Source of the DNA: Arthrobacter sp.
GTDB taxonomy: Bacteria; Actinomycetota; Actinomycetes; Actinomycetales; Micrococcaceae
DNA length: 60,124 bases
Direction: 5' to 3'
Assembly: GCA_030147325.1 (NCBI GenBank)
Contig: JASLAA010000204.1
Coordinates: 1 to 60,124, forward strand
Both the position numbers and the translations under genes were made by a program. Numbering within the stretch: position 1 is the first letter of the stretch; every line of letters begins with the position of its first letter. Of the stretch, positions 46,267-55,207 are shown one piece after another. The notes under the pieces were generated by a model. It saw nothing but the letters and a program-made list of their open reading frames with translations, was not told where the DNA came from and did not search any database.

Positions 46267-47211
46267 GTGGACAGTCAAGCAGCGGCTCCTCCCTCTTCCG
46301 CGATCTTCGTGCCGACGTATCGGCACGCGGTGCATACCTTCGGTTCCCGGACCATGGACTTCGACCGGCAGGTCGCCCTCATGGCGGTCATCAACCGGAC
46401 GCCGGACTCCTTCTACGACGGCGGTGCGACCTTCGCGCTCCAGGCCGCCGTCGATGCGTCCCTGGGGGCCGTGCGCGACGGGGCCGACTGGGTGGACATC
46501 GGCGGTGCCCCCTTCTCCCCCGGCGACCCGATCCCGGCAGCAGAGGAGGCCGACCGCATCGTCCCCGTGATCCGAGCGGTCCGGGCCGTGTCCGATGTCA
46601 TCATCTCGGCCGACACGTTCCTGCCGGAGGTGGCCCGCCAGGCGCTCGCGGCCGGCGCGAACGTGGTCAACGACACCACCGGGCTGCGGGATCCCGACAT
46701 GGCGGCGGTCGTCGCCGAGGCGGGGGCGCACCTGATCATCACGCACAGCCTGGCCGCTCCGCGCACCGTCTATCCCCGGCCCAGCTACGGCGACGTGGTG
46801 CAGGAGATCGCCGATTTCCTGCTGCGGAAGGTCGACGACGCCGTGCGGCTGGGTATCCCGGAGGACAGGATCCTCCTCGATCCCGGGCACGACCTCAACA
46901 AGAACACCCTGCACTCCCTCGAGCTCACCCGGCGGTTCCCCGAGATCGCCGGACTGGGCTTTCCGACCCTCGCGGCCGTCTCGAACAAGGACTTCATCGG
47001 GGAGACCCTCGACCGCCCCAAGCGCGAGCGGACGGAGGGGTCCCTCGCCGCAGGCGTGATCTGCCTCCTGGGCGGCGCGCGCGTGCTGCGGATGCACGAC
47101 GTCCGGGCCTCCCGCGCCGCGATCGACCTCACCGAGGCCGTCCTCGGGTGGCGTGAACCCGCCTACCTCCGGCACAACATGGGCGACGTCAACGAGCCGG
47201 TGGCGCCGTGA
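46267..47211 (+). CDS. folP2: Dihydropteroate synthase-like, FolP2 type
   Basis: NRTPDSFYDGG, DPGHD, SNKDFIGETL, RMHDV. Confidence 0.85.
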   Translation: MDSQAAAPPSSAIFVPTYRHAVHTFGSRTMDFDRQVALMAVINRTPDSFYDGGATFALQAAVDASLGAVRDGADWVDIGGAPFSPGDPIPAAEEADRIVPVIRAVRAVSDVIISADTFLPEVARQALAAGANVVNDTTGLRDPDMAAVVAEAGAHLIITHSLAAPRTVYPRPSYGDVVQEIADFLLRKVDDAVRLGIPEDRILLDPGHDLNKNTLHSLELTRRFPEIAGLGFPTLAAVSNKDFIGETLDRPKRERTEGSLAAGVICLLGGARVLRMHDVRASRAAIDLTEAVLGWREPAYLRHNMGDVNEPVAP

Positions 47212-47951
47212 TCTCCTCCCTGATCCCCGCCTCGCCGATCGAGGTCGACGACGAAGCCCTGCACCGCATCTATGCCTACCCCGCCACGGCGAACCCCTAC
47301 GTCCGTTTCAACTTCGTCGCCGCGGCCGACGGTGCCGCGACGAGCGGCGGTCTCTCGGCCGGCCTCGGGAACGACGGCGACAAGCGCATCTTCGACGTCC
47401 TGAGGCGCCTGGCCGACGTCGTGCTCGTGGGAGCCGGCACGATCCGCGCGGAGGGATACGGGGGCGCGCTGGTCGACGAGGACGCACAGTCCTGGCGGAC
47501 GGCGCACCAGCTCCAGGCGCATCCGGCGGTGGCGGTCATCTCCGGCAGCCTCGACCTCGATCCGGCCAGTGGTTTCTTCCGGGACGCACCCGTCCGGCCC
47601 CTCGTCCTCACCTGCGAGGCCGCGCCGGCGGGGAGGCGCGCGGCGCTGGAGCGCGTTGCCGACGTCGTGACCTGCGGGGTGGCCACGGTCGAAGCACCCG
47701 TCGTCCTCGCCGAGCTGGGCAGGCGTGGGCTGCTGAGGATCCTGAGCGAGGGAGGCCCGGCCGTCCTCGGTGGTTTCATCCGGTCGGGATCTGTCGACGA
47801 GCTGTGCCTGTCCATCAGTCCCCTGCTCGTGGGGGGCGACGGTCCGCGCATCTCCGTGGGCGACAGCCCCGGCGAGGCCGCAGCCCTGGAACTCGCCTCA
47901 CTGCTGACCGAGGATTCCGCGCTCTACGCGCTCTACCGCCGGGCCGGATAG
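47208..47951 (+). CDS. RibD C-terminal / pyrimidine-reductase (DHFR-fold) protein
   Basis: AADG, VGAGTIRAEGY, EGGP, VDELCLSISP; GTGA overlap with folP2. Confidence 0.88.
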   Translation: MISSLIPASPIEVDDEALHRIYAYPATANPYVRFNFVAAADGAATSGGLSAGLGNDGDKRIFDVLRRLADVVLVGAGTIRAEGYGGALVDEDAQSWRTAHQLQAHPAVAVISGSLDLDPASGFFRDAPVRPLVLTCEAAPAGRRAALERVADVVTCGVATVEAPVVLAELGRRGLLRILSEGGPAVLGGFIRSGSVDELCLSISPLLVGGDGPRISVGDSPGEAAALELASLLTEDSALYALYRRAG

Positions 47952-48276
47952 GGATCGGGTGCAGCCCCGGGACCGGATTCCGGCGGGCGGTCACCGACCG
48001 CCGTCGGCGCCGTAGGGGATGTCGCGGTCCCGCCCGGGCCCGTGGCATCCGCCGGCCGGCGGCCACCAGGGGCAGGACTCCGCGGTGAACCGCCACCGCC
48101 CCGCGAACTCCGGGCGGCGGTTCTCCGTTCTACCGGAGCGGGCGTTCGCCGGGCACGGCTTTGGAGCGGGCCCGCCTGTGCATCTAGTCTCGGAGGACGT
48201 GCGGACCCCCGGGCGCGATGCACCACCAGAACGTTCCGATCCACCGACCACGACGATGTCAGGAGATGCCGTACCG

Positions 48277-49245
48277 ATGGCAGAGTCCACGCGGGAGTCG
48301 TACTACGACGTCCTCGGCGTGCCTCCCGAAGCCGGCACCAAGGAGATCAAGGACGCCTATCGCCGTGCCGCCCGCGCTGCGCACCCGGACCTCGGGGGCA
48401 GCGCAGCCAGGTTCCACGATGTCGCGGTCGCCTACGAGACCCTGAGCGACCCGCAACGCAGGGAGCGGTACGACGCCGACACCGGTCGCGGTCGCGGTCG
48501 ACCTGCTCCACCCCGCCCCGGAAGCACCGACACGACGGGGACCCGCCCTGGGGCGGCAGCGCGCGCCGCCACCCGGACGAGCGCGGACGACGACGAGGCA
48601 GCAAGCTCCCCTCCCAGCTACCTGCCGCCCTTCTCCCCCTCGTCTCCACCGGAGGTGCCCCTCATCCTCGCCGGTCGACAGGTCCATGGGGGGCCGCGCA
48701 AACCCGGCATGTTCGCCCGCATGTCCTCCGCCACCCGGTCCCGGCTCGACGGCGAACTGCGCACCGCCGCCCTGCTCGAGCGAGCCCTGTTGCCGACCTA
48801 TCCCGCGGCCCGCCTGGTGAACGGGATCGACCTCGAGGACCGCCACGACACGACGGCCGGGCACGTGGTGCTCGCCGGGTACCGCATGGCCGTCATCGAC
48901 TCGTTCACGGCCGCTCCCGGAAACTTCTCCTGGGACGGCCGCACCCTGCGCCATCAGGGCCGGCCGGTGGACCTGCCCCTGACCCGTGCGGTACGCGCGG
49001 TCCAGGAGCTGTTCCCCGACTGCAACGTCGCCGGCTGGGTGATCATCCACGGGGCCCCCGACAATCCCTTCGCTCCCGTGATCGACGTTCCGCCGGGTTT
49101 CGACCGCACGTCGGCGGCCTTCACCCAGGTCGTCAACGCGGGGACAGCCGTGCGCACCATCCGTTCCTTCCTCTCCGCGGGCCCCACCCCGAACGTCGTC
49201 CAGCTGCCCGTCCTGGCGCGCCTGCTGGCGTCGGCCGGAAGCTAG
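48277..49245 (+). CDS. J-domain (DnaJ type III) protein
   Basis: YYDVLGV..IKDAYRRAARAAHPD..AYETLSDP.RR.YD. Confidence 0.85.
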   Translation: MAESTRESYYDVLGVPPEAGTKEIKDAYRRAARAAHPDLGGSAARFHDVAVAYETLSDPQRRERYDADTGRGRGRPAPPRPGSTDTTGTRPGAAARAATRTSADDDEAASSPPSYLPPFSPSSPPEVPLILAGRQVHGGPRKPGMFARMSSATRSRLDGELRTAALLERALLPTYPAARLVNGIDLEDRHDTTAGHVVLAGYRMAVIDSFTAAPGNFSWDGRTLRHQGRPVDLPLTRAVRAVQELFPDCNVAGWVIIHGAPDNPFAPVIDVPPGFDRTSAAFTQVVNAGTAVRTIRSFLSAGPTPNVVQLPVLARLLASAGS

Positions 49246-49254
49246 GATGGAGCG

Positions 49255-49722
49255 GTGTTCCGCATCCTCTTCCATACCCCCGAGATACCCGGCAACACGG
49301 GTGCTGCCATCCGGCTCGCGGCGGTCGCGGGTGCCGAGCTGCATCTCGTCGAGCCACTGGGTTTCAGCCTGGCGGATTCGAAGGTGAAACGGGCCGGGCT
49401 GGACTACCACGACCTCGCGGTGCTGCACGTCCACGCCACGCTCGAGGAGGCCTGGGACGCGTTGCGTCCCGAGCGGGTCTTCGCCTACACCTCCGACGGT
49501 GACGTCTCCTACGCGGACATCGCCTACCGGCCCACGGATATCCTGCTGTTCGGACGCGAGTCCGACGGGCTCCCGCACGAGGTGAAGCACGACCCCCGTG
49601 TGACGTCCCGCGTCCGTGTCCCCATGCTCCCCTCGCGCCGCTCGCTCAACCTCGCCAACACCGCTTCGATCGTCCTCTACGAGGCCTGGCGTCAACAGGG
49701 CTTCGCGGGCGCCCAGCAGTAG
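49255..49722 (+). CDS. trmL: tRNA (cytidine(34)-2'-O)-methyltransferase
   Basis: PEIPGNTG, RAGLDY, FGRESDGL, RSLNLAN; TAGGAT-6-GTG leaderless. Confidence 0.95.
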   Translation: MFRILFHTPEIPGNTGAAIRLAAVAGAELHLVEPLGFSLADSKVKRAGLDYHDLAVLHVHATLEEAWDALRPERVFAYTSDGDVSYADIAYRPTDILLFGRESDGLPHEVKHDPRVTSRVRVPMLPSRRSLNLANTASIVLYEAWRQQGFAGAQQ

Positions 49723-49741
49723 AACACTCCTAGGAGCCCTC

Positions 49742-50599
49742 ATGCCCGCTCGCCATGCCGCAACCCTGCCCGACGGCGGGGCGGAGGACTACGACCGCCT
49801 TGCTCCCGCCGTCTGGAACCCGGTGAGCAACGCCGTCGTCGCGGCCGCCGATCTCCTCGTGGGTGAGCGGGTCCTCGACGTGTTCGCGGGGACGGGCTCG
49901 GGAACGATCCCCGCGGCACAGCTCGTGGGCCCGGACGGACACGTCGACGCCCTCGACCCCTCGTCCGCGATGCTGGACCTCGCCGAAGGCAAAGCGGCGA
50001 CACTCGCGCTGGGAAACGTCTCCTTCCACCGGTCGGACCCGAGCCGGTGGTCCCCAGGGGAGCCCTACGACGCCATCGTCAGCTGCTACGGCGTGTTCCT
50101 CCTGGAGGAGCTGGACGCGGGCATGGACCACCTCGTAGGGATGCTCCGTCCCGGTGGGCGGATAGCCCTGAGCGCCTGGGACGACGGGGCGCTGGAGCCC
50201 TTCGGGGATCTCCTCCTCGAGACGATCCGCTCCGCCGGTGCCGCCGGCTCCCCAGTCTCCGCTGGTGGCACAGCCGAGGCCTCCTCCGGCGTCCCGGTCT
50301 TCGTCGAGAACAGCAGGAGGGTCGCCTCCGAGGAGCGACTGGCGGCCTGGCTGATCGCCCGTGGGCTCGCGGATGTCAGCGTCGAGCGGCTCGGGTTGAC
50401 CGTCCCCCTCGAACCCGCTTCTGCGTGGTCCCTGGCGCTGGGAAGTGCCTACCGGGGGCTGCTGCCCGACGACCCCGACATGCTGCAGCGGGTACGGAAC
50501 GCCTTCGTGGAGCGGCTCGGGAGCGAGTTCGTCCTGAACGCCGATTCGCTGATCGCCGTAGCTACCCGCCGGGACGAGCCCCCGGCAGCGGGCGCCTGA
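49742..50599 (+). CDS. Class I SAM-dependent methyltransferase
   Basis: VLDVFAGTG, YDAIVS, LRPGG; AGGAG RBS. Confidence 0.88.
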   Translation: MPARHAATLPDGGAEDYDRLAPAVWNPVSNAVVAAADLLVGERVLDVFAGTGSGTIPAAQLVGPDGHVDALDPSSAMLDLAEGKAATLALGNVSFHRSDPSRWSPGEPYDAIVSCYGVFLLEELDAGMDHLVGMLRPGGRIALSAWDDGALEPFGDLLLETIRSAGAAGSPVSAGGTAEASSGVPVFVENSRRVASEERLAAWLIARGLADVSVERLGLTVPLEPASAWSLALGSAYRGLLPDDPDMLQRVRNAFVERLGSEFVLNADSLIAVATRRDEPPAAGA

Positions 50600-50600
50600 A

Positions 50601-50627
50601 CCATCCGCGGGCCGGGCAGCTCCGAAT
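50601..50627 (+). promoter_or_regulatory. SigK-type ECF promoter
   Basis: CCATCC-N15-CCGAAT, matching the mycobacterial SigK consensus as I recall it. Confidence 0.75.
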
Positions 50628-50768
50628 GATAGCTGTCAGGGAACGACGATCCGAACAGGCAGAGGTGGTGAGATGGTGCTGACGCAACAGGCACGTGCAG
50701 TCCCGCCACGGCAGCGTCATCCCCCGGCTGTTCGGTTTGGGACGACCGGCGCTTTATGCTGGAGTCCT

Positions 50769-51386
50769 ATGGAAACGCCACGAGCAAGCCGGGTGAGCCC
50801 CATCGCTCCCGTAGCGGACGAGGTGGCCGTCGCCTCCGGCACAGGTGCCAGCCTGACCGATCTGCTGCTGCGGGTGGCGCAGCAGGACCAGGCGGCCTTC
50901 GCGAGCTTCTACGAACAGACCTCCAGGCGCGTGTACGGACTCGCCCGTCGGGTTCTCATCGACCCGGAACTCAGCGAGGACGCCACCCAGGAGGTCTACC
51001 TCCAGGTGTGGAACACGGCCGATCGCTTCAACCCGGCCATGGGCAGCCCGATGGCGTGGCTCATGACGCTGGCTCATCGCCGTGCGGTGGACAAGGTGCG
51101 GTCGGAGCAGAGCGCCACGGACCGCGAGGCCCGCTACGGTGCGGCCACGCAGACCATCGATCACGACGACGTCGTGGATACCGTGACACAGCGACTCGAG
51201 GCGGAGAGCGTGGTGCGGTGTCTGGACACGCTGACCGAGACCCAGCAGGAATCGGTGCGGTTGGCCTACTACGGCGGGTTCACCTACCGGGAGGTGGCGG
51301 AGCGACTCGGCGTCGCGGTGCCGACCATCAAATCAAGAATTCGTGACGGACTCATCCGACTCAAGACCTGTTTGGGGGTGACCTGA
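50769..51386 (+). CDS. sigK: ECF sigma factor SigK (alternative start 50673)
   Basis: WLMTLAHRRAVDKVR, LAYYGGFTYREVA, TIKSRIRDGLIRL. Confidence 0.93.
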   Translation: METPRASRVSPIAPVADEVAVASGTGASLTDLLLRVAQQDQAAFASFYEQTSRRVYGLARRVLIDPELSEDATQEVYLQVWNTADRFNPAMGSPMAWLMTLAHRRAVDKVRSEQSATDREARYGAATQTIDHDDVVDTVTQRLEAESVVRCLDTLTETQQESVRLAYYGGFTYREVAERLGVAVPTIKSRIRDGLIRLKTCLGVT

Positions 51387-51387
51387 G

Positions 51388-52293
51388 ATGCAGGACAAGA
51401 ATATGAACAGACAATTCGCTGACAACCTCGATACCGACCTGGCTCGGGGCCACGTCCTGGAATGGGCGGAGCTCTACGCACTGGACGCCATCGACGCCGA
51501 CGAGCGCCGGGTGATCGACGCGTTCCTCGAGGACGCGGATCCTGCGATCAGCGCGACATTCGCGGACCGCGTCAGGACCTGCCGCGAAACCGTGGCTTCC
51601 GCCTACGCGTCGGAGCAGGTGGAGCCGCCCGCCGGTCTCTTCGAGCGCATCCTCGGACAACTGCCGACGCCGATGCGTGGCGCCGGCGATCCGTCGGGCA
51701 CCTCTTCTACCACAGCCGTGGCAGGGACCGGGGTCTCCGGTGCCCGATCGGGCGCCGGACCGGTCGGACGGGACGACGCCGGGACCGATGGGGCCCGTCC
51801 GGCACAGGACGAGCTGGCCGAGCGGCGAACAGCCAGGGCTTCGATGTCCTCGCGGGCGTCACGGTGGATGGTGGCCGCAGCAGCTGCTGCCGTCATCACC
51901 GTCGGCGGGGTGACGATCGCGCAGAACCTGCAGCAGACCACGGTTCAGCAGCAGGTCCTCCAGGCATCCGACGTCCGGACGCAGCAGCTGTCCCTCGAAG
52001 CCGGCGGAGTCGCGGATCTCGCAGTATCCGGTGAACAGAACGCTGCGGTCGTCACGCTCAGTGGTGTCCCCTCACCCGCGGAGGGCCTCGTGTACCAGAT
52101 GTGGCGCATACCGGCGGACGGGACGGACCCGGTATCGGTCGGCACGATGACGGGCGAGGACGTCGCCGGGACGAAGGTGACGGAACTGACCGACATCAGC
52201 GGCTTCAGTGCCATCGCCATCACGGTCGAGCCCGAGGGCGGCTCGGACAGGCCGACGATGCCGATCGTCGCGGAGATCCCGCTCGGAGCCTGA
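51388..52293 (+). CDS. rskA: Anti-sigma-K factor RskA
   Basis: YALDA, single TM, VYQMW, AITVEPEGGS..PT. Confidence 0.9.
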   Translation: MQDKNMNRQFADNLDTDLARGHVLEWAELYALDAIDADERRVIDAFLEDADPAISATFADRVRTCRETVASAYASEQVEPPAGLFERILGQLPTPMRGAGDPSGTSSTTAVAGTGVSGARSGAGPVGRDDAGTDGARPAQDELAERRTARASMSSRASRWMVAAAAAAVITVGGVTIAQNLQQTTVQQQVLQASDVRTQQLSLEAGGVADLAVSGEQNAAVVTLSGVPSPAEGLVYQMWRIPADGTDPVSVGTMTGEDVAGTKVTELTDISGFSAIAITVEPEGGSDRPTMPIVAEIPLGA

Positions 52294-52409
52294 CGCAGGA
52301 GAACGTGGACGCTCCGGGACTCCTCCGGCGCCCGGCCGCGCATCGGTCCCTGGTCGTCCTGTGCCGGGAGCCTTGTTCCCTGTCGATGCACGCGGACTCG
52401 CCCCTTCGG

Positions 52410-53177
52410 TCAGAAGCCCGCGATGGTCTCGTCGGTATTGATGCCGACGACATGGAACGACTCCGCGCTCCTCCCCTCGGGCAGTCCCCCGCGGTGGGCG
52501 TTCTCCTGCAGGATGGCGCGGACGCGGGAGTGCATCCGGTCGACATCCGGATGCTGGCTGCGGTGGGCGGTGATGGCGGCGATCTTGAGATCCTCGGCGC
52601 CGGTCACATCGATGAAGCGGTTCTCGAGATGCGCCGGCCCGCCGTAGAACCAGATCCACGGCACGCGGAAGCTTCTCAGCCCTGCTGCCTCCAGCTCGGG
52701 GTAGGCGAACGGGTTCTCCACCGCCGGGTAGACGGCCCGTGTCACCGCTTCTCCGCACGCGAGATGGTCGGGGTGGCTCTTCTGGATCCGGTCCCAGCTC
52801 CGTTCCGGGTGCATCGACACCACGATGTCGGGCCGCACCTCCCGCATGCGCCTGACGACCGCGCGGATGACGGCATCCGACGGTTCGAGGTGACCGTCGG
52901 GCTCCCCCAGGAAGCTGACATCGGTGACGCCGACGATCTCCGCGGCAGCGCGCTGTTCGTCCCGCCGGAGCGCGGCCAGCTGCGGCCTGTCCTCGGCGGA
53001 GAAGCCTCCGGCGTCGCCGTCGGTGAGGATGCAGTAGCTGACCGAGGCGCCCGCAGCGGTCCAGCCCGCGATCGTGGCCGACGCCCCGAAATCGATGTCG
53101 TCCGGATGCGCGGCGAAGACCAGTACGCGCTGGGGGACCGCCTGCTCCCGATCGACGTCCTGCTGATCGACTGTCAT
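52410..53177 (-). CDS. PIG-L/LmbE family deacetylase
   Basis: AHPDD, TDGDAG, RRDEQ, HPDH, AHRSQ. Confidence 0.92.
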   Translation of the reverse strand: MTVDQQDVDREQAVPQRVLVFAAHPDDIDFGASATIAGWTAAGASVSYCILTDGDAGGFSAEDRPQLAALRRDEQRAAAEIVGVTDVSFLGEPDGHLEPSDAVIRAVVRRMREVRPDIVVSMHPERSWDRIQKSHPDHLACGEAVTRAVYPAVENPFAYPELEAAGLRSFRVPWIWFYGGPAHLENRFIDVTGAEDLKIAAITAHRSQHPDVDRMHSRVRAILQENAHRGGLPEGRSAESFHVVGINTDETIAGF

Positions 53178-53180
53178 GGT

Positions 53181-54128
53181 CTAGAGCCCGCGCTTCCGGA
53201 TCTCCTCGGTGGCCTGCGGCAGCACCGTGAACAGGTCGCCGACGATACCGAAATCGGCGATCTCGAAGACGGGCGAGTCCGCGTCCTTGTTGATCGCGAT
53301 GATGACCTTCGACGTCTGCATCCCCGCCTTCTGCTGGATGGCGCCCGAGATCCCCGCGGAGATGTAGAGCTGCGGGGACACGGTCTTGCCGGTCTGGCCG
53401 ATCTGGGCGGAATGCTCGATCCACCCGGCGTCGGTCGCGGCCCTCGAGGCACCGACCGCGCCACCGAGCGCGTCGGCCAGCTCCTCCAGCGGGGCGAAAT
53501 TCCCGTCCACACCACGGCCGCCGGCCACGATCACGCGTGCCTCGGACAGTTCGGGCCGACCACTGACAGGCTTGTCCACCCGTCCCGTGACCCGCGCCGC
53601 GACCCGCGGCGGCTCCACCTGCAGGCTCACCGCGCGCGGCGATGACGGCAATCCGGCCTCGGCCGCCTCGAAACTGTTGGGCTTGACCGTGAGGATCGCG
53701 ACCCCGCTGGTCACTCGGCACCTGACAGTGTACGAACCCGCGAAGTCCGACTTCGTGGCCGTCAGGTCGGGATCCAGTGCGACGACGTCGGTGATGACCC
53801 CGGACTCGAGCCGGATACCGAGACGGGCTGCTATCTCCTTGGCCTCGTACGCATTGCCGAGCAGGACGATCTCCGCACCCGAGGACCGTACCGCTTCGGC
53901 GAGGAATGCGACCTTGCCGGCTATCAGCACCTCCGTGACGGCGCTGGAGTCAGGGTGGTAGTACTCCTGCACCCCGTAGGAGCCGACGCCGTCGAGGTAC
54001 GCCTGCCCGGCTTCACCGGCGAGGGCGACGGTTACCTCGCCGAGCGACGCGCCCAGCGAGAGGAGTTCCCGCTCGCTCTTGGCGAGGCTGGCTCCGGGGT
54101 GATCGAGGAAGACGAGGACGGCGGTCAT
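53181..54128 (-). CDS. etfA: Electron transfer flavoprotein alpha subunit
   Basis: GGRG, GASRAA, QIGQTGK, GISGAIQ, INKD. Confidence 0.96.
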   Translation of the reverse strand: MTAVLVFLDHPGASLAKSERELLSLGASLGEVTVALAGEAGQAYLDGVGSYGVQEYYHPDSSAVTEVLIAGKVAFLAEAVRSSGAEIVLLGNAYEAKEIAARLGIRLESGVITDVVALDPDLTATKSDFAGSYTVRCRVTSGVAILTVKPNSFEAAEAGLPSSPRAVSLQVEPPRVAARVTGRVDKPVSGRPELSEARVIVAGGRGVDGNFAPLEELADALGGAVGASRAATDAGWIEHSAQIGQTGKTVSPQLYISAGISGAIQQKAGMQTSKVIIAINKDADSPVFEIADFGIVGDLFTVLPQATEEIRKRGL

Positions 54129-54166
54129 GGCGAAGACTCCTGGGACGAGAGGACGAGCGGGCGGGT

Positions 54167-54994
54167 CTAGAGCAGTTTCTGCCCGGCGAGGAAGTCGACC
54201 AGCCTGATGCCGGCGTCGCCCTCATCGGTGATGACGACTCCCTGGCTGCGTGGCGGCCGGGGCGCCGCGGCCTCGACCTTCGTCCACGAACCGGCGAAGC
54301 CCACCTCGTCCGGCTGCAGTCCGATGTCAGCCAGCGAGTGGACCACGATCTGCTTCTTCTTCGCGGCCATGATGCCCTTGAAGTTCGGGTAGCGCGGCTC
54401 GTTGATCTGGTCGGTCACGGACACGAGGGCGGGCAGCGGAGCCTCGACGGTCTCCGCGAAGGTGTCGTTGTCGCGGCGGGCCGCGAGGATCCAACCATCG
54501 TCACCGCGACTCAGCTCGAGCGACGACGCGAACGTCACCTGGGGCAGATCGAGGCGTTCGGCGAGCTGCGCCGGGACCAGGGAGGTCTCACCGTCGGTGG
54601 ATGCCATGCCCGTGAGGATCAGGTCGAAGGGTCCCGCGTGGCGCAGGAGAGCGGCGAGGGCCTTGGACGTGGCGGAGGCGTCGGAGCCGTACAGTGCCTC
54701 GTCCGTCAGATGGACGCCGTCGTCGGCACCGATCTGGAGGGACTTCTTGACGGCCGCGACGGCGGCCGGCGGGCCCATGGTGATGGCGGTCACCCGGTGC
54801 CCGGCGGTGGCTCCACCGTGGGCCTCGACCACCTGGAGTGCCGCTTCGAGTGCGTACTCGTCCAGTTCGGACAGGATGCTCTCGGTCCGCACGGTCGTCA
54901 GGTCGTCACCGTCGATGTGCCGGTCGAACTGCGCGTCAGGAACATGCTTCACCAGGACCGCGATGTGCAGTCCGCCTGCTGTGGCCTCGTCCAT
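54167..54994 (-). CDS. etfB: Electron transfer flavoprotein beta subunit
   Basis: VKHVPD, DEYALE, GMASTDG, NEPRYPNFKGIMAAKKK. Confidence 0.96.
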   Translation of the reverse strand: MDEATAGGLHIAVLVKHVPDAQFDRHIDGDDLTTVRTESILSELDEYALEAALQVVEAHGGATAGHRVTAITMGPPAAVAAVKKSLQIGADDGVHLTDEALYGSDASATSKALAALLRHAGPFDLILTGMASTDGETSLVPAQLAERLDLPQVTFASSLELSRGDDGWILAARRDNDTFAETVEAPLPALVSVTDQINEPRYPNFKGIMAAKKKQIVVHSLADIGLQPDEVGFAGSWTKVEAAAPRPPRSQGVVITDEGDAGIRLVDFLAGQKLL

Positions 54995-55207
54995 TGATGA
55001 CCTTCCTCGTTCGCACGGATTCCCAACGACTAGCTAACCACAGTGGCCCGACACCTCGACCGGTCCGATGAGCTAGCCGGTCGCGCTGCCCGCGGTCCTC
55101 GGCGCCCCGTCGGTCGGCGTATCGAGCCCGCCTCTTCCACCTGTAACGAGCGGAGGGACGCTCCCGTGTCCGGGAACGCCCCTCCGCTCGACGATGCACC
55201 GTACCGC

